A DNA stretch of 59,477 nt, counting the filler, from Sphacelaria rigidula (lineage: Eukaryota), in assembly GCA_964200075.2 (NCBI GenBank). It is 5 parts of 5 records of this genome, joined end to end, with 100 filler letters (N's around TTAATTAATTAA, not from the genome) between each part and the next. Parts side by side here need not be neighbours in the genome. Positions count along the whole stretch, not along the records: positions 11,918 to 23,734 come from CAXNAA020004466.1; positions 23,835 to 35,649 come from CAXNAA020004467.1; 3 more parts are not named here. One strand, given 5' to 3'. Numbering within the stretch: the stretch's first letter is position 1; each line of letters begins with the position of its first letter. Of this stretch, positions 13,250 through 25,147 are shown piece after piece. The notes under the pieces were generated by a model. The model worked only from the letters and a program-made list of their open reading frames with translations, did no database searches and had not been told where the DNA came from. A program made the position numbers and the translations under genes.

Positions 13250-15130
13250 TATATATTATCGAACACGATAGATGGTGCAACACATCTATTGGTATGTATT
13301 GCAAGGGTCAGTAGATGTTGCAGTAGTCGATCGATAGCCTTTGGCAATTGCAATAGATAAAGATCATTCGCCATCGATGGACATCGTGTACCGCAATAGA
13401 TTCTGGGTTGTATACATCGATAGCCATTGCCGTAATCGATAGCTTTGGTGAGTCATCCATCGATAGTCATTGCCGTCATCAATAGGTTAAGTGAGTTAAC
13501 CATCTATACCTATTACCGCCATGAATAGATTTGGTGAGCCGTCTATCGGTAGCCTCTGCCGCCAACAGTGCATTTTTTGGTATCTACCAATATGGGCATT
13601 GCCGTCAACAATCGATTGCTCTCGGGAGCACCTATTGACAGCCAGTGACGCTAACAATAGGTTTTGAAAAATAGATTGCTCACTGCGGTTGTCTCATGAT
13701 ATCAACGGCAATACTCCTTACACATGAACACGCAACGACCTAAGGCGATAGCTGGCCATAGCTTCTGTGGAATAGGGCGGAAACATACATCGAAAAGTGT
13801 GCATACATATAGCGCTAGTGATCGACGCCATTCAGCTACCTTTGTGGTCAGCAATAGATATTGGTGGCCGCGATTCAAGTTGCATTGTGACCAGCGGTAG
13901 ACATTGGTGGCCGCGATTCAAATTGCATTGTGACCAGCGGTAGACATTGGTGGCCGCGATTCAGATTCTATTGTGACCCTAAATAGACATTGGTGCGCGC
14001 AATTGGTATCCTATTGTTACCAACAATATGTATTGGTGGCCGCGTGGTAGATCCTATTTTGATTGGCAATACACATTGGTGGCCACAATTCAGAGCCTGT
14101 TGAAACAAATAAAATGTACCGATAGACAACTGAGCCCCTCCATTGTCACGGCAATGATACATCATGTTCCTTGTCCTGAGTCTATTGTCGCCTACAATAG
14201 CTATCGATAGACTTTGATGCCAGTCGATTATGACTGACAATGAACATTGACAGTCAAATTTCTGGGGCTATTGCAGCGCCAATGTTCTATTACACAGTCT
14301 ATTGTCCAGGGTATAAGCACATCTCATCCATACACGAAAGTACTGTAAGCGATCATGTCCATCAGAGGGGCAACCACAAGTACTTACACCACACCAATGA
14401 CAAAAAGTTGTAAACTTTTGTCCGTACATGTTGCGGATTCCTACAAAATACAAGCGTTCCAAAATTGTGGAAACGTGATGTCATATGTCCACAAGTAGTA
14501 TCATTATATACCCACTGCATGTCCACCTGCGGCTTCTCTACCGTACGGAGTACAATATGCTCTATACGTAGTATGTTGCGATGTAGGTGTGGCAATAGAC
14601 GACAGAGAAAAACTGTCGGTAGGCATTATATACCACAGTCGATTCTGGTATGTATCTATCGATATTCATGGCCACTGTGCATAGATTTATACGCAATCTA
14701 TCAATAGCTATTGCCGTCATCAATAGATTTGGCATACAATCTGTCAAAAGCAATCGTCGACATCAATAGGTTTGGCACGCGGTCTATCGATAGCCATTGC
14801 CGTCATCAATAGATTTGGAAAGCTATCGATCGATGCATTTGGTCGGCCGCAATAGATTTCGGTGTAGGGCCATGGCAGACTGCCTCCCAGACAAAAGTAT
14901 TGGAAACTTGTCTATCGATAAGCATTGCCAACGACAATAGAAAGATGAACTTACCGATCGATGGCCATTACGGACGACAATTTTGACATCTACTGCAGCA
15001 GATTCTATTGCTATCGCAATAGATGCCGTCCATTGTCCAGGGTGTGCTCTTTTTCATTCTATGAGAAGCGGCCTTACGCCAGTTATTTTCATATGTACGA
15101 ACTATTGTTGCACGATGTTGATCGATTTCC
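13250..15130. repeat. Degenerate tandem array with 43-bp period, two sequence subtypes, interrupted at ~14330-14600
   Basis: Units like ATCGATAGCCATTGCCGTCATCAATAGATTTGG+~10 nt at ~13416-13545 and ~14700-14830. TTGGTGGCCGCGATTC starts at 13861, 13904 and 13947 (spacing 43). Confidence 0.85.
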
Positions 15131-16319
15131 TGCCGCTCCATTTCTTATTATACATTTCCCGTGGTTTGAGCTCAATTTCTTTCGGCAAGTATCTTCATTT
15201 TTCGAACATCCAAAGCTCAATTTCTTTCGAAGATATTTCTTCTGAGCGGGCCGGCACTGTATGTGAGATTACACTTGGCCGTTTGGCTCACAGGTAGTCA
15301 TCTGGGACTTGTGCCAGATCAAAAATGGTCAAGTGAGATATTTCGATTCCACCGTCCGGTCCAGATATCATGATATGATACTTTTGCCCGGTTGGGAGAG
15401 ATTCATGTGAGATTATTCTTGGCGCAGCCGATCACGTGTAGTTCGAGCAATCATGTTTGTCCCCGTGCCGACCAGGTCGGCCGTATCCGATTTTAAAAAT
15501 ATTATAATATCGAATTATCGGTGCAATATCCGTCCTTAAAACACTCTCTCACGTACAACGATCCCTGTTATGGATCAACACGAGCTAGGCCGGCCTAGAC
15601 GCGGATTTGACCTCTCAAAACAATATCCCATCGATACAGATGAGCTGGGCCGTGATCTGCATATCGTATGAGTCGTCTGACTAAGAGGAAGGTGCCTATG
15701 TGCCTGAAAGTCTGGGGCAACATTTTCTCGTTGGTTAAATTCTATGTCTAGTGATTCCTCTACCGTACGCAGATGGCGTCCATACCAAAGTCTGTATAAA
15801 ACTCCGAACAGCACATACAGTGGATGATGACGATTTTTGATGCGGACATCCCCTGGAGCACGGGGAAATGATCGATACCCCCACTTTCCCCTAACTCATT
15901 ATATATCTCGAGATATGGAGTATATAATTTTACATACTAAAAAAAAATTATTTCTAGCAGAGGCACTAAATGCACTAAATCAGGATATTGCGTCTCAGTT
16001 TTTCAGAGTTGTGCTTTGAAATTTCATATGGAGAATCGCTAGTGCATAATGAAAGACAGAATCAGCAGTTGTCGTTTTTTTTGTTTTTCTTCATTTTTTT
16101 CGTTTTTTCAGGGGAGTTTCAAGGGAAAATGGGCAATGCTCTCGGACCTCATCTCAGTTGTTCAGATCTGTTTTGAGAATTCAGATTTGAAACCTATCAT
16201 GGAGAATCGCAAAGGCATGCCGAAGAAAAACAATTGGCCTTCAGTTTTCTGTTGTTGTTCGAGAGGTACTGTCGTTCTCGTGAAAATATGGTATTTACTA
16301 CACTCAAACATCCTATACA

Positions 16320-16786
16320 AGTGAAAACAATAATGAAGATCAACAATTCACACTTTTTTTGGTTAGTTATATGGCCTAGCGAGCTCCCACACTAAGACTC
16401 GAAACATAAGTGCTAAACCTTGGCCGATGAATGGCCTGGAAAATGTTGTTCCGCATTTTGCCCGGCCTGGTTTCTAACTCACCCCGCCTCACCTCATTTT
16501 TGAGAGTTGGACTTCCAAATTTGGTACAGAGAAAAGTAGGGTGTGCTAAACATATGTCAAGCGTGACACTAAGTTTTCTTCCTCGTGAGTTAACAGCATG
16601 TTTCTGATAGCTAGGTACTGATTATTGCCACGAAAAGAAAGAAAAAAAAACTTGGTGTCCCGCTTGACATTTTTTTAGCGTTGCCTATTCTCTCTATACC
16701 AAATTTGAGAGTCCAACTCTCAATATTCAGATGAGACGGGGTCTGCAAACCACAATTTCGCGTCTAGGCCGGCCCAGCTCGTACTC
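16320..16786. mobile_element. Diverged inverted homologue of the 11190-11660 hairpin element (hairpin 16481-16742)
   Basis: Shared GAGTTGGAC....AAATTTGGTA in both arms and shared terminus GTACGAG.TGGGCC.GCCTAGA. That terminus also occurs at ~15580. Confidence 0.7.
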
Positions 16787-17127
16787 TCGAGCCAAGATGT
16801 TCTCGAGAAGTGCTTCTTTGCGCCAAGAGTAAAACGGCTGAAGAAAACACTGTTCGTGGCCTCAGATGTATGGAACCACGCCATCGGATCATCTTTCAGG
16901 GATCACACGCGGCCACCTGTCTCGCCCAGAAAATGCGCTGCTTTGGTCTGGTAACGCTACCCTGTCGAAGTAGCTCGAGCGCACCGCAAACCACTCGTGC
17001 AGACTTTTCACTCAACGGCGGTTGTCTGAGTAAGAAGTGTGCAGGTTGCACCGTGAGTGTTGGGCTCGTTTGAGGGTCTGCCCGCTCGTCCGCTCTGCCA
17101 CCCCGCCAGAAGTACAACATCATCCCT

Positions 17128-17237
17128 TTAACCCTTTGACCGCGAGGGTAGGTCACATACTGAATCGGTATCAATATTTACGTGAAAAAATTACGCATGA
17201 TCCAGATGGACTACCCGCACCGCGGTCTAAGGGTTAA
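17128..17237. mobile_element. piggyBac-like mini-MITE (~105 bp) with TTAA target duplication
   Basis: TTAA-CCCTTTGACCGCG ... CGCGGTCTAAGGG-TTAA. CCC termini plus TTAA are piggyBac hallmarks. Confidence 0.8.
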
Positions 17238-18218
17238 CAGCTTAGATATGTCTGACACAAAGGGGCGCATGAAAAGACCCGTCAGCCAGTCAGGAATGAG
17301 GTAATCCTAGATGTGGACCGCGGAAGTAGCGGATTCTCTTGAACTTTCAAAAGCCAGTATTCGAGTCGGTTGTGGATCGGAAGACATTAACTTTACTTTA
17401 CCTACATAACCGCACACTGAATCGGACCGAGTGGAGATAAGTTTTCACAAGCATCAACACATGGTACGCTGTACAAGAATGCAGTCCGTGTGCGCGGTAA
17501 ACGTGGTTTTACACCGTGCACAGGCCTTTCCCTCTTTATCGGTACATGCACAGGTGATGGACAATTCTTTGTAAGCGTTCTACACTGGCCATGTCATCGT
17601 CACCCAAATGGCTGTGAAAATATGATCGTTGGTTTTCATCCATGATTAACTGCTTTCCGCGTATCCATCTTGCTGAAGCCGTGCAAAGATGGCCATACGG
17701 ATTTTTCACTTTTTGCTATCCGGTTCAAGGATCGCCATATGAGACTTGCACCCGATTCAGAGATGGTATTGTGACAGCTTTCCCCGAACGTCAAAGCTCT
17801 TGCAAACTGCATCCCAACGAGAGCAATGTTCACGTACAAAAACTAGAGAGCAATGGCGCATTAGTACACGCGCACACGTGCAGTGCGAGAGCTTTTGCTC
17901 CGAAGGAGGTCGCACGCACTGACGTAGACGTCGCCCACTCGGTTTGGTCACTGAATGACGTTGATGTGCTACTTGCAGGGCAACGACAGACGGAGCTACA
18001 GCGTCGAACGAAGCACGTGTTCAAATACGCATACGTTTCGGGTGCTACAGTGGCTGGATGGTTGTCATGAACCTAAGACGTGCATGAAATGCTGATACCA
18101 ATTCCCAGAGCCATCCCATGACCCTCGCTACGGCTTGAGATGTGCCCCCCCCCCCCGTCCCCGCTGGTCCTGAACCTCACCGACCTTCAAACGCGCAAAC
18201 TGCGTCACCCAAAACCAG

Positions 18219-21200
18219 GCTGTTTGCGGAACGCTACTCTGGAAAGTTGCCACGCAGGACAGGTCACATCAAGCGTCCATGACAAGGGCGTATCAAAAAA
18301 TGCCAGACGAAGCGGGCACGGCTGCGGCTCTCACTCTCTCAAGTGGGGAGGGGCAAGTGAAGGCAGTCCGTATTTCGGACGATGAATGGGCATCAGAACC
18401 TTCGAAGGTGGCGCCGGGGGTGGCGCCGGCTAACGTGGGGGCGTCCACGAGTGGGGAGGGGGGTAGGAGAGGATCAGGGCGGAGTAGCAGTCGACGACGG
18501 ATCACCGGCAGTGGTGCTGACAACGTAGACGCCGTCTACAGGTGATGATGGAATGCGAGAGACGTGAACAATATCGGAGGATGTGTGGAGGGGGGTGCAT
18601 TGAGCAATGTAGCATTTTCATGGAAGTACACGAGTACTACGTATTCAAGGCATCATATTCAACCGTGCCGACGTATACTCATGATACTTTGGATAGATTG
18701 AATTGCTCAGATTTTACCAATCGTGTCCCGACAGATTTAGCAGTAATTACACGTTGTGGGATTCAGCCGGGACGCCTATGTCTTAGAAGCGTTTGTGGGC
18801 CCTCGACCACGAAGGGGCAGCGGAGGTGGAGCAGGTTGTATGGGTCCTTAGTGCAGCCACACTGTGACGTTAAGTGGCAGAACATGATGGTATTCCAAAC
18901 TGTAGTTGTGCAAATATTTCAAGACAATATGCGTATCAGAAGTCAGTAGGCCCTTGCCCATCTCCGAAACTATAAGGGGGGTCGGTTGTGGCCTGAAGCT
19001 GTAATATAGAAATGTTTGTTTCAAGTTTGAGCACTTGCGCAGCAAAACGGTTGGGCCTAGGTATGTCCTACAGCGCAGTGTCATCTCCTGGGAACAAACA
19101 CCAGTAAGAACTCGGACGTACGTTCGAGTGATTGAATGGGCTGCACACGTCGCTTAACAATACGAAGCTCGAAAGTCTCAAGTGCTACGTATCATCCTTT
19201 TTTTTCTTCTTCAGCTTTTAGAGTTAGAGGCTCACGTCATTCCATCAATCGCTTTGGCGCAGTAAAGACTCCTGGACATGAAAGGACGGGTACTGTCGCA
19301 CTCGAGATGTGCTATTGAAACTCCACTCTTTGAACGCCCCATGTAGTTTGTTCCGAGCAACTGTCCGCTGATAGTCCGGTGATCTTTTAAAATATGTTTT
19401 TTGTAGGCGTGGATGAACGCTAGTTCGATGTATGCGGGTGGCAGAGCTGATGAAAATAGAACATGCTAGTCAACCGACATCCAGAAAAATCGTTCCGCGG
19501 TCAAGCGAGGTGTGGGTGTGCTTTTTTTGCCCTCGGTGTGTCACTCAGATGTGAGCACTGTCCGCGTCAGTGCTAGGGTGATGACTACCCCGGCCACACC
19601 TTTGCTCCCCGCCATGATTGCTGGCGGAGTCACTCAACGACGGAGAACCAAATGCTACCGTGGCGCAGTACTGGCAGCAAGGATCTGTGAAGAGGACAAC
19701 CTCACCCACGCGGCTCAATGCATGCTTGTGTGTGTGTGTGTGTGCCAATTTGTGCTCGTCCTGCCCAGTCGGCTGCGGGAGGTGGTAGAAACCTTCCATT
19801 TACCTGCTTGGGTCAAATATCAGAACCCAACCCGATCACACCCCCACGCGCCGCCTACGGCGCGTACAAGCCCCAGGAAATATGGGGCGCGCTTCAGCTA
19901 TTCAGCCACCGGCGCGTGTGTCGACCACATGCATTCATTATTGCAACCTTGGTGATGTTTCTGTCGTCCTATGAGGGGAAGGACCGACTGATCGTGGCTC
20001 ATTCACAGAGGACTGAGGATTTTTTCTTCGGAGACGTTGTCTCTTCACCAGCAATAATCATTGCAACCCCCCGAGTCGGCTGCCTGCTCAGCGTTCAGCT
20101 AGATAGAGGCCGAGGGGTTCAAAGCTCGAACCGTCCGGACGAGTCGGACTACTGCCAAGGCTAATCGAGCATTTGACTATGGATATTTTGGTATCCTGAC
20201 CGTCTGAACATTTGAATGTCACATTCAAGGAGTCCCACACACATTGGCACTGGCATATACTGATTCACAATGACTGCACACTCCTCAGCTGAAAGTTTAG
20301 CGACAACCAAAGCTGGGTTTACTGCCACCAACCTTATTCTGTAATGTGGTGTCAGAGGTGTGATACGGTCCGTGAAGGCATGCCTGCAACGTCAAACCAG
20401 CCATTTAACCCAAAACCATTCCACTGTAGGTCATCTATAAATGAGTATAAATTGCTGTCGTTTTGGCCTCTCAAGGCATATCGCACAATACCCCTACTTC
20501 GAGACTGCTTGGGTGTGCGAAACACGCAGGCGTGTCGTCTTCGGTCGATCTACTGTAGCGGCTTTTGCAGCAAATATATCGAGACAATTTCTACCGCGGG
20601 CTCAGTGTGCATAATTCGGTGAGGATGTGTTTCCGGTCGAACGACTCCCTTCAGGATCGCTGCACACACGCGCCGCTGAATCATCCCCCTTGCTTCTATG
20701 CCCATACGAACAACGACAGGAGCGACAAACACCGATAACCACAATTGATCACACAAACAAAAGCGTAGACTACATGACACGACACCGTCGTGCTCTCACG
20801 TTGTCTTCCAGCTCCTTCCTCTTCCAGCGGTGGGTCACAGCACAGTGCTGATCCCAAAACGACTTGGTGAAGGTCTCCAAGCTTCGTGTGTACAAGAGCT
20901 GAGCACGTGTCTCAAAGCGCTGCCTCTCGTCCAATGTCTGCGATGTCCATTCAAGGCTGTAAAGCACGTACATTCCCACGTTCGTGTGATACAATACAGT
21001 AGTAGCCCCGGACACAACGAGTAAGATCTTCATGGTTTTCATGGGGTGACTTGTCCATTTCCTTGGGTTGTTCTTCCCGGCGGCTCTGTCTACCCCGCGC
21101 TCGAGTCCCAACTGAGGGTAAATGGTTGGGTTTTTGTGTCCCAGTTGAGCGAGCGTGCACGTGCCGTCTGAACAGGACTGGCATATTCGAGGGAAATATT

Positions 21201-21726
21201 CCACTAGTCATGAATATATTTAACGCTATTGAGGGAATCCATTCCCAGCTGAAAGTACCAGAGTATCGAAATTGCCAGGTACCCTGAAAGACGTGTGTCT
21301 ACACGGTCACACACGGAGAATAGGTAGTGGCCAGCATGTGTATCATGGTGTAGCCGTCCCCTTCCCTCTCACACCGTTACCATGACGCGCTTGCTCATCC
21401 CAATCAGATTATCCCCAAGCGGGCAGATCGCAAATATGGAGCAGGGAGACGCGCGACGGGGAGATTCCAACAACGGCGACCGCGGCAACGTCAACATAAC
21501 CCCTACCACTAACAACACCAACAATATCAGCCCGCAGCCTGCTGCAGACGCAATGGTGACTACTGCAATCGCGAGTACTGTGGCGACCACTCAACCAGCA
21601 AAACCAAAGCCTGCTGGGCTGACGTTGGCCCGGTCGTGTCGGAAGGTCGCGGTGGGAAACGGGGGGGCGGAGGAGGAAGATGACGGGTTTGTGAGGAACC
21701 TGCCGCTTGAGACTCCCCTTCAGCAG
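18219..21726 (+). CDS. Two candidate exons (18219-18541, 21408-21726) of an unidentified protein with low-complexity loops; partial
   Basis: Both are open and bounded by cag/GT, and they join in phase (TAC AG|A TTA): AVCGTLLWKVATQDRSHQASMTRAYQKMPDEAG...VDAVYR|LSPSGQIANMEQGD...EEEDDGFVRNLPLETPLQQ. No family recognised. Confidence 0.45.
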
Positions 21727-22434
21727 GTGAGGGGGAAAAAGAGGCGAGGAATGCATAACGAAAACACATACATACACACACACGCACACGCACATATTCG
21801 CACGCGCGCACACACATACAAAAAGTGGGTATGCAGGAAACATCCCGCGGGAGAAAGACTTAATGTATTTCAATTTCGTTTTTTTGCGGCACATGAACAA
21901 ATGCGGTCAACGCTCATCGTATTCATCGTACTCGTTCCGGTGAGTGATGCACGGCACCGGGTTTTGTTTTTTTTGTGGCTCAGTACGAGTACTGCGTGTC
22001 AGACATATCTGTGTACGGTTGGGGTCTCAGCATCGTGCGATGAGTCGCTTGCTCGGCTTGACCGCACTATGGGTTTCGACCTTTCAGCCTGTCGAAGCTA
22101 AGACGCAGCATGACTGGTCTAGTACCACGACTTGACGTTACTATAGCGGATCGGATCTACGGGTATGACAGGTGATTTTTACAGCGCTGTGGTGAGATCC
22201 TCACTGTACTCCATGAGAAACGCATGACTCCCAGCAGGATACTCCATAGAGCACACGGTACTCTACTGCACGCACTATGCGCTGCAATAATCTCGCCATA
22301 CGATGGCTGTTGTACTTTGGATAATGACGCAGTATATATGGTGCACATACACGTATCTGGTATATGGTTCGCAGTGCGTATGAACAGCAATAGTAGATTG
22401 TATAATGCCCATGGAACAGGGGTCGTACTTTTCT

Positions 22435-22510
22435 TGTTCTCATTTCCAACCCCTCCCATCACTCGGGACGGGTCGGTGGTCTCAAGAGATCAACCCATTT
22501 CTCCCCCAAT
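22435..22510 (-). repeat. Short interspersed repeat (retroposon 3' end); copies at 23670-23734 and 40323-40420
   Basis: Shared core C.CTCGGGA.G.GT..GTGGTCTCAAG.GATCAACCCAT; the 23670 copy is cut by the linker after GTGGTCTCAAGG. Two copies are preceded by poly-T (poly-A on the minus strand). Confidence 0.6.
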
Positions 22511-22594
22511 AACACTCCGTCTCGAAAAAAATGTGTAGTCAATGCCAAACAAACTAAGTCAAGCAACAAATGAGTACCCCCCCCTCTCAATACA

Positions 22595-23150
22595 CAAAAA
22601 GACTGTTCTTGGGATGCTGGGATGCACACATAAACAAAGCAATAGAAAAGGGAAAGACACAAACAGTAAGGATGGACGTGATCCTCAGAGACTCGCACCT
22701 AGACACTAGAGTTAAGACATGTGTCCTGATGAACGTGATCGTACCAAAGCTGGAATATGCAGGAGAAGTATAGAAGGGGAGCGCGAAGTTGGTGGAGAAG
22801 TTGGAAACAGTACAGATGACAGCAGCTGAGACCATACTTGGGGGCTCGAAAACGACAATAGAGCTTCGAGAGCAGAGTTGGGAATGTACTCGCTTGAAAC
22901 AGAGACGTGAGGAAATTGCGATGAGAATATAATGTAAAGAGCATGCAGATGAAGATATCGCCAGCTATAGTCGATAGGGCTGCATGGAAATGAAGTACGA
23001 AATGCTGGAGTAAGGTGGGATAAAGAAGTCGAGAAAGTATGGAAGGAGATGGGAGGAAACCAAGACGAGATACTGTCCATGGGTGACTGCGGCGGGTGCA
23101 AGACAAAAGTAAGAGACATGATAAAATAAGGGGAAAAACTAACATTGAGC
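22595..23150 (+). mobile_element. Decayed non-LTR retrotransposon (LINE) ORF2 fragment, post-RT region
   Basis: WDAHINKAIEKGK...VKTCVLMNVIVPKLEYAGEV*...KLETVQMTAAETILG...RAELGMYSLET resembles the LINE W..HI / P.LEY..EVW / LE.VQ / R.ELG motifs. Stops and frameshifts are present. Confidence 0.75.
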
Positions 23151-23734
23151 CTGGTCTGCGAAAACCTGGTGTGCTCAACCGTGGCTTTGCAGATATATGA
23201 AGGCAATAGTCATATAGCTACGGCATGCAAGGGCATGGGTACCCCCCCCCCCCCACCTATCGTAAGATCAACCCCGCGTTTTTTCTTCTCTGATGGTGTA
23301 AGTTGTATCGTTCGACCACCGGGACGTGCTACGACCACAATGTCGCAACACGTACTCTACGTTGGTACAGCATGAAATTGTGACCCCATGCAACACAAAT
23401 TTAGGGTGGACCATGTTGTTTACAGCACGAAACTGTACAATACTTTGTCCACACGATGCAACGCATAACGCTCAAGATCCATGTGATTTATTGTCGTATG
23501 CAAGGTGAGCCAAACTGCTTTCTCGAATCGGTCAGGAAGCAGTTGGAAGTTACCGGGTAGTTCTGCTACTTTGGTTACAGACGGTAACCGAATGGTATTA
23601 TTTGTTACATTTCGAGTATATTAACCGCGATTCATTTTTCACATGAGACGACTCTGCAAAAACTACTGTCTTTTTTTTTTCCCCTCACACTTTGAACCCC
23701 TCCCCTTCCTCGGGATGAGTCCGTGGTCTCAAGG

Positions 23735-23834
23735 NNNNNNNNNNNNNNNNNNNNNNNNNNNNNNNNNNNNNNNNNNNNTTAATTAATTAANNNNNNNNNN
23801 NNNNNNNNNNNNNNNNNNNNNNNNNNNNNNNNNN
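23735..23834. other. Artificial contig linker
   Basis: N44-TTAATTAATTAA-N44. Confidence 0.97.
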
Positions 23835-24928
23835 CACGGCCCAATTCGACTAGTCTTGAGCTGAAACTTCAGAAAGATCTTCTGCATCCAAGGAACTGAC
23901 ACTTTACGAGTCCAGCTGCAGATTGTCTCTTTTTTTCTGGACTTGAGACATCATCTAGTTCTTTTTCTCTGAAATTTTGAATCCCCATAACTCCCTTATC
24001 TATTACTCTTTTCTGTGCTGCTCCCGTGATCTTCTGCATTCCGATCATGAAGAGCTGCCGTCAACCTTTTAGCGTCCAACTCCTAATATCTCGCCGTGCG
24101 TCGCCTGAGCGAGGTTCGCGTCTACTCTTGGCTGGCCCAGCTTGTACTTGATCTCAATCTTTCGAATCCGTTGGACTGTTGCTTCCCCTTTCTCACAATC
24201 CCCTGTTGACAAGAGATTGACCCCATAACGACCAGTCCCGAGTCCCACTTCGTATCGTGTACTGGATCGTGGAGTAGTTTTGAACAGATTGGACCCCAGA
24301 TCTGCTCGCAGGTTCAGAAATGCGGCGGGTCTGGAAGGGGTCGTTAGTCCAAGGTCTGTGTTATGCTGCAGACAAGACGCAACAAGGCAACATAGCACCT
24401 ACACACGCAGCCCCGGAAGAAGACGCAGACACCCACTGCTCACGCGCATTATTTTCACGGTTGGCCCTTGCTAATCTACACACGGAAGTTTTTGGAAATC
24501 CATTTTGTACTGGACGAATGGCGGCCGCGTGCGTGTCAACAACCACCGAGCGTGTCGTTGCTAACCTTTCCGTAAGTGTGCGCTGTGCGCGTGTCTCACA
24601 CAAATCATTATTTTTCAACGAATTATGAACAGATTTGAGCAAGGTCACGCACAACGTGCACCGCTGATGAGCAGCTACGGCTTGAGCTGTGTGATTTTGG
24701 TTTGCGGGGCCATCAACTTCCTCAGGTTCAGCTCTGATTGTGTTGGGTTGTGTGATGAGCCTTTGCATGGGCCCCTGTCAACAGGACATGTATGTTCCCC
24801 TTCGAGGTGCACAGGAATCCACTTTTTTCAGAAGAGGATTTATGTGCACGTTGAGAAGATTATTTTGGGGGGTGATATCGTAGCGACCAATCAGCTGTGG
24901 TTTTTTAGAAAGGGGACATTTCCCTTCG

Positions 24929-25147
24929 TTAACCCTTAGACCGCGAGATTAGTCTTCCTGGATCATGCATACTTTTTTCAATTGAAATTGATGCCGATTC
25001 AACAGAAGACTAACCTCGCGGTATAGGGGTTAACCCTTAGACCGCGATGCGGGTAGTCCGCCAGAATCACGCATACTTATTTCAAGTGAACTAGATGCCG
25101 ATTCAATACATCATCACCTACTCTCGCAGTCCGAGAAGGGCTCTAAC
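24929..25147. mobile_element. Two tandem piggyBac-like mini-MITEs sharing one TTAA (25030-25033)
   Basis: TTAACCCTTAGACCGCG begins both copies (24929, 25030). Both contain GATGCCGATTCAA. Confidence 0.8.

Noticed and set aside
13400-14100. CRISPR-like repeat/spacer appearance of the 43-bp array
   Set aside because: The variable parts are only ~10-15 nt and are related to each other, the repeats are degenerate, no cas genes are present, and the context is eukaryotic.
11190-16786. The two inverted hairpin elements as the ends of one 5.6-kb transposon
   Set aside because: They lie on different contigs separated by an artificial linker.
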